From positions 47,430,001-47,494,000 of the forward strand of contig OX597832.1 of NCBI GenBank assembly GCA_951406725.2: a stretch of DNA of 64,000 bases, given 5' to 3'. Positions 1-12,314 of the stretch are shown piece after piece. The position numbers and the translations under genes were made by a program. Every line of letters starts with the position of its first letter. Position 1 is the first letter of the stretch. Source of the stretch: Octopus vulgaris (Eukaryota). The notes under the pieces are model-generated. The model saw only the letters and a list, made by a program, of their open reading frames with translations. It ran no database searches and was not told where the DNA came from.

Positions 1-256
1 ACACACACATACACACATATACACACACACACACTCACATACACACATACACACACACACATACAAATATACTGAAACAATTATTTCAACATTATTTTGC
101 ATTGTGGTGGTGGCAGCGGTGGTGGCGGTGGTGGTGAGCGAATAGTGGAAAGTGTTTATTTTTTTCAATTGAACTAAGTTTTTTATACCACCTATCACTT
201 AGCACATGCGCATAAGTGCAATTCCGTGTAATATTCAGGCTTATTTATAGGGCAGA

Positions 257-490
257 TGGCGAGCTGGCAGAAACGTTAGCACACCGGGCGAAATGCTTAG
301 CAGTATTTCGTCTGTCGTTGCGTTCTGAGTTCAAATTCCGCCGAGGTCGACTTTGCCTTTCATCCTTTCGGGGTCGATAAATTAAGTACCATTTACGCAC
401 TGGGGTCGATGTACTCGACTTAATCCGATTGTCTGTCCTTGTTTGTCCCCTCTATGTTTAGCCCTTTGTGGGCAATAAAGAAACAGGTAT
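257..490 (+). mobile_element. SINE family A (tRNA-like head, GCCTTTCATCCTTTCGGGGTCGAT core), monomer
   Basis: Head GGCGAGCTGGCAGAAACGTTAGC, B-box-like GAGTTCAAATTCC and tail TAAAGAAA; more than 10 near-identical copies in the window. Confidence 0.9.
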
Positions 491-850
491 ATTCAGTTTA
501 ACTAAAGGTTGTATCATATGTACGGGATATTTTTTTTGTTTGTTTGTGGGGGAAATGGTAAAATGAGTGTGAATGTTTATTTTATGAGTGCTGTGCATTA
601 ACTCTATAAAATTGGTTGCATAAAGTATATACAGTGCCTTAAGTAATCATCGTATTCCAATTTCTTCCCCTTTTCAATGAATAGCAGATGAGCGACTATC
701 TTTCTATACATACACAACACAGGCTACGCCGTAAGGCTTTGGGGACAAAGTTTTCAGAGGTAACCCAATGGATTTAGCCTTTAATTCCGTGAAATATTTA
801 CAGGTTCTGCAAGCATATATAAATACGCGCGCGGGCGCACGCACACATAC

Positions 851-1031
<181 letters not shown>

Positions 1032-1244
1032 ACTGCATGACCGCAGCTCTTGAGCTGAAACTAATTAAAGAGTTATCTCTATATATGTATATCCTACATA
1101 GGTAGACGTTTTTATTTTTCAATCACTTTCGGAATTACAACAATTGGTGGCTTAACTGCTCTTCCTAGCGAGTCAGATATCCTATTCTTCGGGTATCTCT
1201 TTTATGTTATATATATACATGCATAAATGCATACATATTTAATG

Positions 1245-1600
1245 TTTCTTTTTAAGTATTTTCATGGACATTGTTCAGCTGAGCTCTCTTCACTGACTCC
1301 TCCTTATCAGAGAACTTATCAGAGATCAACTAGACTTGCATCCAGTTCTCATCAATATACTGTACAGCCTTCTAAGTGTCGCAAAGCACTTTACAGTACC
1401 AGTTTCTTCCCTCACACCTCTGAACTTTGGAATTCCCTTCTACAGTCTTGATTTCATCTTCAATATGGCCTCCTCCAGTCTTTTAAGTCTAATGTACATC
1501 GTCACCTATTCACTTCTGTCTAGCGTCCATTTTATTCTAGTAGTTCCTACGTTTTCAGTGGTCTAAGGACCTTGTAAAAAAGCGAATGCTTTATACAACT
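1245..1600 (+). mobile_element. CR1/L2-group LINE, 3' end of RT ORF (fragment)
   Basis: Translation KYFHGHCSAELSSLTPP...RSTRLA...SFFPHTSELWNSL matches the typical C-terminal SFFPRT..LWNSLP motif. Confidence 0.75.
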
Positions 1601-1718
1601 ATTTGACATTAAACCGATGGTTTACAAAATACTTTTCCATAGAGTACATATTCGTTAAACATTTCATACAAACAAACATGAATACATACATACTTACATA
1701 CATGTATATATACATTAT

Positions 1719-2026
1719 GTGGAGGCGCAATGGCCCAGTGGTTAGGGCAGCGGACTCGCGGTCGTACGATCGCGGTTTCGATTCCCGGACGGGGCGTTGT
1801 GAGTGTTTATTGAGCGAAAACACCTAAAAGGTCCACGAAGCTCCGGCAGGGGATGATGGTGACCCCTTGCTGTACTCTTTCGCCACAACTTTCTCTCACT
1901 TTTTCTTCTGTTGGCCTGCTCGCTTAGCCAGTGGGGTGGCATCACTTGAAGGCTAAAAAACAATGCAAAGCGCATTGTGACCAGCGATGTGTAGCAACAT
2001 CTGATAGCCTAATCGGTCACGGTGAT
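1719..2026 (+). mobile_element. SINE family C, tail type i
   Basis: tRNA-like head TGGCCCAGTGGTTAGG...GGTTTCGATTCCC; flanking direct repeat TATATACATTAT; homolog at 44107-44376. Confidence 0.85.
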
Positions 2027-2242
2027 ATATACATTATATTCGTGCGCGTTCACACACACACGAGCGTGCTGGCATATTCACATATTTCGTGTTTTTCCAT
2101 TCGTCATTTGTTTACTCTTAGGGTGGCAAATAGGCGCTTTCTTTATTCCTAACTTTACCTTAACTTATTCACTCAATATCACTTAATGCTTCTATCAGTA
2201 ACTTGTCCTTATCAGTTTCATACATTTCCCAAATTATGAGAT

Positions 2243-2405
2243 AGGTGCAGGAGTGGCTGTGTGGTAAGTAGCTTGCTAACTAACCACATGGTTCCGGGTT
2301 CAGTCCCACTGCGTGGCACCTTGGGCAAGTGTCTTCTGCTATAGCCCCGGGCCGACCAATGCCTTGTGGGTGGATTTGGTAGGCGGAAACTGAAAGAAGC
2401 CCGTC

Positions 2406-2487
<82 letters not shown>

Positions 2488-2720
2488 ATGTTTGTGTGTC
2501 TGTGTTTGTCCCCCTGGCATTGCTTGACAACCGATGCTGGTGTGTTTACGTCCCTGTAACCTAGCGGTTCGGCAAAAAGAGACCGATAGAATAAGTACTG
2601 GGCTTACAAAAGAATAAGTCCCGGGGTCGAGTTGCTCGATTAAAGGCGGTGCTCCAGCATGGCCGCAGTCAAATGACTGAAACAAGTAAAAGAGTAAAAG
2701 AGTAAATGAGAGTAAAGAGA
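2243..2720 (+). mobile_element. SINE family B (CORE-like CACCTTGGGCAAGT) with internal (TA)n(TG)n
   Basis: Head AGGAGTGGCTGTGTGGTAAG, internal microsatellite, 3' stem-loop CATGGCCGCAGTCAAATGACTGAAAC and (GTAAAAGA)n tail; about 10 copies. Confidence 0.9.
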
Positions 2721-3051
2721 GATAATAACCGTATTTTAACGTGTATACGAAACCCAATTTTTGGTCAAAAATTAGTTTTAAAAAAGATGGGAGTTTCTTA
2801 TAGATCGATATTATTATAATCACTTACAAACCCTTTTTACAAATTTTAAGCCCAAATAGTTTGTGGTTCCTTACACTCGAGAGGTCTTTATAACCGTTAA
2901 AATACGGTTCTAAAATATATAATACGGTAAGTATAAAAATTAGCGAAAGCGTGTAAGGGAAGTAACTCTAATTATTTCCCTTTACGTTAAAGCTTCGCTG
3001 ATGTTATTTACTTTTAAAGTGTTCAGTACATGTATATACAGATGTATATAG

Positions 3052-3128
<77 letters not shown>

Positions 3129-3251
3129 ATATTTTCGATTAATGGATATATGTTTGGGCTACTTGGTTTCATGCGTAGTCGGGGTATAAAAAATTTAGTA
3201 CCAAATCCATTTTTTGGTTACTTAATAAATTATCATTATATATATATATAT

Positions 3252-3598
3252 TGGTCGAAAGACTCCTGTTGTTACGTCCTATTATTATTATTATTATTAT
3301 TGTTATTATTATTATTATTATTATTATTTGTATTTATATTCGTATTATTATTATTTTTTTTTTTTTTTAGTATTTATATTCGTGTAACATCGTCCGTTTT
3401 TCGGTCCTTGTTTCGTATACATTCGATCCTTTTTCCGTAGCTTAGTTTTTCCATGGGGCTGGCCGGATCGGAGCGATCTCAAGATTAATCAGCCGAAATT
3501 GCGAGGATGATCCGGTTCTTGACTGAAGATTAGAGGCTTCGAATGACCCGTCCGTGTTTTTTGTATCGTCTATTTGAATGTTTTGCGTTCTTGTCCCA
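3252..3598 (+). mobile_element. (TA)n-embedded element with scrambled hammerhead-like core, copy 1
   Basis: Flanked by (TA)n; homologous in reverse to 43382-44100; contains CCGAAA and CTTGACTGAAGA boxes with complementary helices. Confidence 0.7.
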
Positions 3599-3895
3599 TT
3601 TTATATATATATATATATACACAGTTTGGTTCTTTTACATTTTATTTGTTTCATTCATTACGCTGCGGCCGTGCTGGGGCACCGCTTTGAAGAAGTTTTA
3701 GTCAAACAGATCGACCCCAGTACTTTTGTTTTTTTTTTTTTTTAAGCTTGGTACTTATCCTAGAGGAATTCTTTTGTCGAACCGCTAAGTTACGGTGTCG
3801 TAAATACACCAATACTAGTTGTTAAGCAGTGATAGGAACAAACACACACACACACATACACACATATGTACAAATGTGTGTGTGTGTGTGTGTGT

Positions 3896-3968
<73 letters not shown>

Positions 3969-4198
3969 GCAGGCAGACAGACAGACAGGCAGAAAGGCAG
4001 ACAGACAGACATGCAGAAAGACAGACAGATACATACGTACATACTTACATACATACACACACATACATACATACATACATCCCCACATAAACATACATAC
4101 ATACACACATACATTCATACATACATACATACATACATACATACATACATACATACATACATACATACATACATACATACATACATACATACATACAT
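3896..4198. repeat. Compound (GATA)n/(GACA)n/(CATA)n microsatellite
   Basis: Directly visible. Confidence 0.95.
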
Positions 4199-4496
4199 CG
4201 AACCCTGACTCATCCTTTCTTTATGAAGAACTGTATTGTTCAATTTTGCATACATTTAAGGGTGTGGCTTGTGAAAACATTGGCCGCTATTTTTAAGTAA
4301 TTCGAGTGACAGCCGAACTGTCTGACCCGGCCAAACCTTGTCATGTCTGATAGCCGAATATTAAGATGTGTGGTTTTATGTTAAGAAACCACAACATGCA
4401 TGCTCTTTTGTTTATGCATACGTATAGATGTCAGGAGAAGCTAAAACATTTAAAACAACTGTATAAATTGAATACAACAAATCCACAATATATTTA

Positions 4497-4795
4497 GTGG
4501 AGGCACATGGCCTAGTGGTTAAAGCAGCAGACTTGCGGTCGAGGGATCGCGGGTTTGAATCTTAGACCGGGCGATGTGTGTGTTTATGAGCGAAACACCT
4601 AAGCTCCACGCGACTCCGGCAGAAGGTAATGGTGAAACTTCTGCTGACTCTTTCGCCACAACTTTCTTTCACTCTTTCCTCTTGCAGCTCACCGGCGATG
4701 GACCGGCGTCCCGTCCAGGTGGGGAACCTATATGCCAAGGAACCGGGAAACCGGCCCTTATGAGCCAGGCGTGGCTCGAGAAGGAACAAACAACA
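4497..4795 (+). mobile_element. SINE family C, tail type ii
   Basis: Same head type as 1719, followed by GCGATGGACCGGCGTCCCGTCCAGG; flanking repeat ACAATATATTTA; homolog at 54888-55196. Confidence 0.85.
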
Positions 4796-5148
4796 ATATA
4801 TTTAAGAACTTTGAAATTTAAGTGTAATTCGTTTGGATTATGTTAGTAAAATATTTTGCATTTCAGTAAAGTAAAATTATATACCTAACAATGTTCCTAT
4901 TATTTGTAGTTATTCGAAGCAGCCAAATAGGAAAATGTTTGACTGAAAATCTTAAGTCAATATTTCAGTTCTAGGTTTTGCTATGTTTACGATGGCCTCT
5001 ATTGTTCTTTGAAGTATTATCCGTCGAAATTCTAATAGCTTGACTTGCTTAGTGATAGAAGAGGTTTCCGCCACACATACACACATCGCTACATAATCAT
5101 CACTATGATAAGAATTTATACGAATCTACTACACGCACATGTGTGTGT

Positions 5149-5509
5149 GTGGAGGCACAATGGCCCAGTGGTTAGGGCAGCGGACTCGCGGTTTCGATTC
5201 CCAGACCGGGCATTGTGAGTGTTTATTGAGCGAAAACGCCTGAAGCTCCACGAGGCTCCGGCAGGGATTGGTGGCGAACCCTTCTGTACTCTTTCACCAC
5301 AACTTTCTCTCACTCTTACTTCCTGTTTCTGTTGTACCTGTATTTCAAAGGGCCAGCCTTGTCACACTCTATGTCACACTTAATCTCTCCGAGAACTACG
5401 TTAAGGGTACACATGTCTGTGGAGTGCTCAGCAGCTTGCACGTTAATTTCACGAGCAAGCTGTTCCGTTGATCGAATTAAGTGGAACCGTCGTCGTCGTA
5501 ACCGACGGG

Positions 5510-5512
<3 letters not shown>
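5149..5512 (+). mobile_element. SINE family C, tail type iii
   Basis: Same head; tail GAGAACTACGTTAAGGG...CGTAACCGACGG also occurs at about 16320-16510 behind a different head. Confidence 0.8.
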
Positions 5513-5560
<48 letters not shown>

Positions 5561-5570
5561 TATTATATAT

Positions 5571-5725
5571 AGGGCATTACTATACATAAATGCCACACGC
5601 TAGGAGGGACTCTTAAAGTCAAAACTACCAAAATGAATAAACACCTACTGTGTGTTTATTCATTTTGGTAGTGTTGACTTTAAGAGTCCCTCCTAGCGTG
5701 TGACATTTATGTATAGTAATGCCCT
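5571..5725. repeat. Near-perfect inverted repeat (arms about 74 bp, 7-nt spacer) inside (TA)n
   Basis: 5571-5644 is the reverse complement of 5652-5725; a single-arm relative lies at about 37818-37885. Confidence 0.9.
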
Positions 5726-6388
5726 CTATATAATATTATATATATATATTTAAAAGAAAAATTGATGGATTTTTTTCTTATGAGGTTTTTCACGCAAACT
5801 ACTTGATAAATTCTTATAAAGATTTTATCCTATGTTTAAATATATATATATATATACAGAATGAATGAGCGTGGACATCAAATAGAGCGTATCACACATT
5901 CGAATTTGCTGCTTCGTCACACATTTTCTTCCGTTAATTCTGCTTAAGGTTTACGTCAAGGATACAAATGCGTCTTATTACAGTTATTAGAGCTCAAAGA
6001 GTAGGTAGTTCAATTAATTAGACAAAGGCAACAGTCATCGTCAACACTGACTGTCGTTCTGTGCTTTCTGTATGTATATGCTTATTCGTAAGAACCAGTT
6101 TGCGCATTCTGTGGGCGTATGATATATGTCAGTTCATGTGTGTGTGTGTACATTTAGTATTGATTATAGTAACAAAGTGTACTCGGTACCATGGTAGAGA
6201 TTAGAGATTAATATCTTATTTATTATTATTATTATCCTGGTTGACTCAGTCTCGTATTTCTCTGAGTTTCGTTTGTGGTACACAGAACCCATGCCATTTA
6301 TACGTTGTAGATTACCTGAAGGCTCTGAGCACATACAGGCGAAACTGAGAGTAGCAAGAGATTAATTCGACCCAAAAAATATATATGT

Positions 6389-6553
6389 AAGCACAGGAGT
6401 GGCTGTGTGGTAAGTAGCTTACTTAACAACCACATGGTTCCGGGTTCAGTCCCAGTGCGTGGCATCTTGGACAAGTGTCTTCTACTATAGCCTCGAGCCG
6501 ACCAATGCCGTGTGAGTGGATTTGGTAGACGAAAACTGAAATAAGCCCGACGT
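6389..6553 (+). mobile_element. SINE family B, 5' half
   Basis: Head matches other B copies and ends in its internal (TA)n. Confidence 0.85.
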
Positions 6554-6671
6554 ATATGTATATATATATATATGTATATATATAGGGAGAATTCACAAAA
6601 AAACAAAAGAAGAAGACAGGTGGTTTAGACAACAAGCAGATGTATTAGTATAACGCTCGGGAAGTGAAAAA

Positions 6672-6713
6672 GTCTTTAACGTTTCGAGCCTACGTTCTTC
6701 CACAGAAAGGGAC
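6672..6713 (-). ncRNA. Minimal type I hammerhead-like motif (core variant CUGUGGA), PLE-type
   Basis: Minus strand reads CTTT-CTGTGGA-A-GAAC-GTAG-GCTC-GAA-ACGT-T-AAAG. Confidence 0.55.
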
Positions 6714-7356
6714 TCAGAAAGAAACAACGAGAGAAAAGAATGTGTAGTGGCTAGTGATCTATCATGGCGAATGCCGATACATCATGGCGAATTCCGGACA
6801 TATACACAACACACTTCAAATATCGGTGTGTATGTGTTTATAATTTGTATGCAAACATGTAACATTTTGTGTCTAAGAGATTTCTCAAAGATATTTTTTG
6901 TGTTAAGATCACAGGGCTTTGCTGAGAATGTCAGTGATCGCCAGGACCGGTGTTCCAAATAAATTTCAGTCAATCTTGACTAGCTTTCTCACTAATTAGA
7001 AAATGTTTGAAATTTCTCTGTGGAAACTATTTTCAGCTTGACTCAGAATGTTGGGAGTATTCGTCATTGAGGAGACGAAATAAATTCGAAACACTGCGTT
7101 TGATGATCTACTCGCGTTCTGAGCAGAGCCTAATGTTTTACAACACACAAATCTCTTTGGGAGGCTTTTCTGAGGCAAAATTTTACACTTAATGTTATTC
7201 AATGTTTCTTTATACATACCGATATATGTTTATATACATACATGTGTGTGTATATATATGTATGACAGAAAGAGAGAGTGATAGGGAGTGAGATACATAA
7301 GCATACGCATACACATATGCAAATATATGTGTATAAGTGTATGTATGTAATACATA

Positions 7357-7550
7357 TACTCTTTTACTTGTTTCAGTCATTTGACTGCGGCCATGCTAGA
7401 GCACCACCTTTAGTCGAGGAAATCGACCCCAGGACTTATTCTTTGTGAGCCTAGTACTTATTCTGAAGGTCTCTTTTGCCGAACCGCTAAGTTACGGTGA
7501 TGTAAACACACCAGCATCGGTTGTCAAGCGATGTTGGAGGACAAACACAG

Positions 7551-7605
<55 letters not shown>

Positions 7606-7794
7606 TTAGAGACAAAACCACTATTTTGCAAATCAAACAAGGAAAGACTTAATCAATACATAAAAAAATTTTAATATAAAGTAAATAAGTGGTTTTGTCT
7701 CTAATTAATATTATATAATATTTTACTATAAAATTGGATTCAATCCTAAATCTGATTTTTCCCTGTAAATTTGGATTTATTCCCTAATATTTAT

Positions 7795-7833
<39 letters not shown>

Positions 7834-8004
7834 GATATACGACGGGCTTCTTTCAGTTTCCGTCTACCAAATCCACTTACAAGGCTTTGGTCGGCCCGCG
7901 GCTATAAGTAGAAGACACTTGCCCATGGTGCCACGCAGTGGGACTGAACCCGTAACCATGTGGTTGGTAAGCAAGCTACTTACCACACAGCCACTCCTAC
8001 GCCT
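7357..8004 (-). mobile_element. SINE family B with a hairpin insert (7601-7798) in its internal (TA)n
   Basis: Complete B head and tail; inverted repeat 7599-7622/7688-7711 within the TA tract. Confidence 0.9.
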
Positions 8005-8169
8005 GTATCTATATGCGTATTATGCATATGTTTGAGGGTATATATGTGTGCGTGTGTGTGTGTATGTGTGTATGTGTGTGTATATGAGGGAGAGAGAAAG
8101 TAATGCACTACGTCTAGCTGTCACATATCTTTCAGCTGACGACAGTTACGCCCCAAAATAGAAAAGTGT

Positions 8170-8435
8170 ATCTCTATCTCTCTCTCTCTCTCCTTCTTCT
8201 CCTTCACTCTTAGTCCATCTCTCTCTTTCTCTCTCTCTCCTTCCTCTCCTTCACTCTAAGTCCATCTCTGTCTTTCTCTCTCTCTCTTTCTTTCTCTGTC
8301 TCTCTCTTTCTTTCTCTGTCTCTCTCTTTCTTTCTCTCTCTCTCTCTCTTTCTTTCTCTCTCTCCTTCCTCTCCTTCACTCTTAGTCCATCTCTCTCTTT
8401 CTCTCTCTCTCTCTCTCTGTCTCTCTCACTCTCTG

Positions 8436-8468
<33 letters not shown>

Positions 8469-8560
8469 GTCTCTCTTATTTTTCCTATTTCTCATAACCA
8501 TATATCCTCTCTCACTCTCTCCAAGTCTCTCACTCTCTCTGTCTCTCGCTCTCCCTTTCC
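8170..8560. repeat. (CT)n-rich tract with a recurring CTCCTTCACTCTTAGTCCATC unit
   Basis: Directly visible, three interspersed units. Confidence 0.85.
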
Positions 8561-8933
8561 CCTCATTATTAATCTAATAAGCCGTTTTAATCTGATCAAT
8601 ACGATTAACCAGGAAACAGAACAGATATTAATGAAACGTTTTTAAGCGTTGCTCATCAAATTATTTATGTTTTGTTTTATTTTTTTTACTTATTACTATT
8701 TATTTTTATCTGTATCTATTTACTGACACCTCGGTGTTTAGATGTGAATCTGTTGTTGAACATATGCATATGTACGTGTGTGTGTGTGTGTGTTTCTGTG
8801 TGTGTGCACGTGTAAATATATGCGTGTGTATGTGTGTAAGTATATTTATACATCAGTCATGTAGGTTACCCAGTTTTTAACCTGGCTTCCCCATTTCTTT
8901 CTCTCTCTTTATATATTTATATGTGTGTGTTTG

Positions 8934-9021
<88 letters not shown>

Positions 9022-9070
9022 TATATACGTATATATATATATATATGTGTGTATCACACATACACATACA

Positions 9071-9145
<75 letters not shown>

Positions 9146-9187
9146 AATATATGCATATATACATACATATATGTACATACCTACATA

Positions 9188-9235
<48 letters not shown>

Positions 9236-9383
9236 AGACATCCAAAAAACGTTGAACCCAATGAGAAACGAGATATGCAACATAAAGAGTATTCCCCTTC
9301 ATCAGTTGTCCCTGTTTCGTCTACTCCGAGTATATTCACACACCAGTCTTCGTCTTTTTGCAAATCCTCACTATATATATATG

Positions 9384-9501
<118 letters not shown>

Positions 9502-9544
9502 TATATGTATACATATATATATATATGTATACATATATATATAA

Positions 9545-9578
<34 letters not shown>

Positions 9579-10199
9579 GCACGTATGTATGTATGTATGT
9601 ATACATATATGTATATATATATATATAAGGTCTTTTTAATTGCCAATGCACGAAACTCTCGGACGTTGAGTCCCTCTTGCTTCTGCTAAATATTAATAAA
9701 TATATGTATGTGTGTGTGTGTGTGTGTGTGCACATGCAGAAACATACACACAGCCACAAACATACATACATACATACATACATACATACAAGTGCGTGCA
9801 TACGTGCGTGATTGGTTGCCTATATCCGCATATATCAAATTTCGAGTTTGCATGGACGTATAATAATTGTTATTAATCCAATGTATATGAATGTTCATAA
9901 AAGCATTACGCATATCCCTATCCTTACCAATCTACGCGATTATATATTTATATACATCCGTATAGGTACGTTGCAGCTCTATGTGGAAATAAGGCTACGT
10001 GCGTTTCGTTGCGAAACTGCCAGTCTGATTGTGTATCGATTATAAATTAGCGAATTACTGTAAACAAGAAATAAAAATCTACTTATTAGTCTGGATGATG
10101 CACAGAACTGAGGCGTAATTGAAGATACAAATGTATATATGTGTGTATATGTGTGTGTGCGTGCATGTGTTTGTATGTACATATACATATGTATATATG

Positions 10200-10235
<36 letters not shown>

Positions 10236-10287
10236 CATACATATACACACATACACATACACACACACACACACATATATATATACA

Positions 10288-10368
<81 letters not shown>

Positions 10369-10455
10369 GGAGAGTTTACGAAAAAAACAAAAGACGAAGA
10401 CAGGTGGTGTACAAAACAAACAGATGTATTAGTATAACGCTCAGGAATAGAAAAA

Positions 10456-10497
10456 GTCATTTACGTTTCGAGCCTACGCTCTTCTACAGAAAGGGAC
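10456..10497 (-). ncRNA. Minimal type I hammerhead-like motif (core variant CUGUAGA), same family as 6672
   Basis: Minus strand reads TTT-CTGTAGA-A-GAGC-GTAG-GCTC-GAA-ACGT-A-AA; host insert 10367-10505 lies in (TA)n. Confidence 0.55.
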
Positions 10498-10504
10498 AAA
10501 GAAA

Positions 10505-10537
<33 letters not shown>

Positions 10538-10544
10538 TATATGA

Positions 10545-10852
10545 TACCTTAGATAACTTGGATATGTTTTGACCAAAGATTGGTCCAGGTCATGTCTAAC
10601 TCAATGTCTAACTTAATAACGCCACCTGATGGGATTAGCTAAATCCTTTTTAAGTCGAGTTTTGTTGTAGCATGGTTCATTGGAGTAGGGAGTTCTTGTT
10701 GAGTGAGTTTTATCCAGCGATAGGTGGCTTCTCTGGTATTCCTCGAAGAAATTTGACCATATTCCGTTTAAAGGTGATGGGATCCTTTTCCTCTCTGATC
10801 TATTTCGGGAAAAAATTGCGTAATTATGTGTTGTGATCCTGAATTTTGTAGG

Positions 10853-10855
<3 letters not shown>
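10545..10855 (-). mobile_element. CR1-like LINE 3' end in (TA)n
   Basis: Reverse homolog of 18040-18416, including the 3' hairpin GACCAATC-TTTGGTC. Confidence 0.8.
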
Positions 10856-10904
<49 letters not shown>

Positions 10905-10906
10905 CT

Positions 10907-10968
<62 letters not shown>

Positions 10969-11729
10969 CGAGATATCTATATATTAAACGAAAGATAGAT
11001 CTATTTTTAAGATTTGAGGTTGATTCGGTTCTCTTGAGATAAATAAGCCAGTTGCATGCATGCGCACACAAACACACTCACACACATGCAAAACACAACT
11101 CATACACATGCACACACAGCTGCCGAGATTCAATTTACCAAAGCAACAATGTTATCAGGAAGTTTAGAATCTTGTACACTTAAGTTTAACTGACAGCTTT
11201 TGTTTTAAGATTTCATAAAAATTTACGTCATATTTCTTAGTAGCTGACGTCACATATTTGTTACAAGTGACGTCATATACTTATTCTCTTTTCTTTTGTT
11301 TTTTTTTTATTTTGTAGGTTTATCAAAATCAAAATTTTGTAGGTTTATCAAAATCAAAATGAAAATCAATAATTGCAAATTCGAAACTTAGTTTAATTTC
11401 AGGAACAAGAAAACTTTATTTACTAAGAAACACTTTAAAAAGATGTAAACAAAAACATTTCAGCAACGTTACGAGATGGTAGGATCAGACGTGGCATGCA
11501 AATCCCCATATAACTTGTTATATTCCTCTCTTCAGTTTTATTTTGACATGCGCATTGCGTGTTCATGCCTGTCTTTTCCTACTCAAAACCGTTTACAGAT
11601 AACAGCCATCTCACGAAACTGCGTTGTAAAAAAAAAGAGCAAAAAGGAAGAGCAGTGGAAGATGGAGGTGGAGGGATGATGCGCCACATATCCTAGAACA
11701 AGAGGGGCACGTTCAGCCGCGCTCTGCCG

Positions 11730-12200
11730 TAAAGATGCGATGGTGTTGCCGCGGAAAATGGCCAGCGACACTCGCTGTAGTAGCCATTCCGCCTCACGGG
11801 ACTCATTTCTCCGACAGGCCACCGCTGTCCTTATTTTGCGGAGGAAATCGGTTGTACAGGGCCCTAGAACATTTGACGTCTGGGCGGTGACCAACACAAA
11901 CAGATGGCAGCCAGCCAGTCACCTGTACTTACCGATTGTTCTCTTCTCTGCATTACGAGGTTTGCAGGTGATGGAACCGGAGAACGTGTCACTGCACGTC
12001 GGGTACCAGACTAGGGATCTGCCTCCCTCGAAAGGGAAGAGGGTTATCACGTAGGGATGCTTACCGTATTCGCGGTCGAGACCTGCAGGGTGGAGTTGAG
12101 ATGGGAAGCCAGCCGCGTCAAGGCCTCTTCAGGTTAGGCCATTCGGAGCGGCGTGTCGAGGAAATCGATTTATTGCAAGAACCACAGCGAATTCCATAAA
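11730..12200 (-). pseudogene. Restriction-like endonuclease domain of a CRE-like non-LTR retrotransposon, degenerate
   Basis: Minus translation ...AAGFPSQLHPAGLDREYGKHPYVITLFPFEGGRSLVWYPTCSDT...AEKRTIGKY*...WLLQRVSLAIFRGN resembles the DGKRPDG..WD.TC.DT..QR.S.AI.RGN pattern; contains stops. Confidence 0.75.
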
Positions 12201-12314
12201 TTTGGCGAACGCAATTCCCAAAATTTGGTCTTAACTCCGAGTTGGGGTCATTTCACTTTCTTTTAAACCCTGAATTCTCTCGAAAGTAAAACAAAATGGG
12301 TCGCCTTTCATCAT

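Noticed and set aside
1719-1790. tRNA genes
   Set aside because: A and B boxes are present, but they continue into SINE bodies and I see no convincing cloverleaf.
2218-2823. Recurring peptide RRASFSFRLPNP...GTMWLVSKLLTTQP in several ORFs
   Set aside because: Antisense translation of SINE B, not a gene family.
3489-3540. Ordinary type II hammerhead reading of the scrambled motif
   Set aside because: The roughly 24 nt between GAAA and CUGANGA cannot form consistent stem III and stem I hairpins in the three copies, whereas upstream partners pair better.
6870-7200. Tc1/mariner catalytic-domain relic on the minus strand
   Set aside because: Only faint resemblance to the SPDLNP motif; too degenerate to call.
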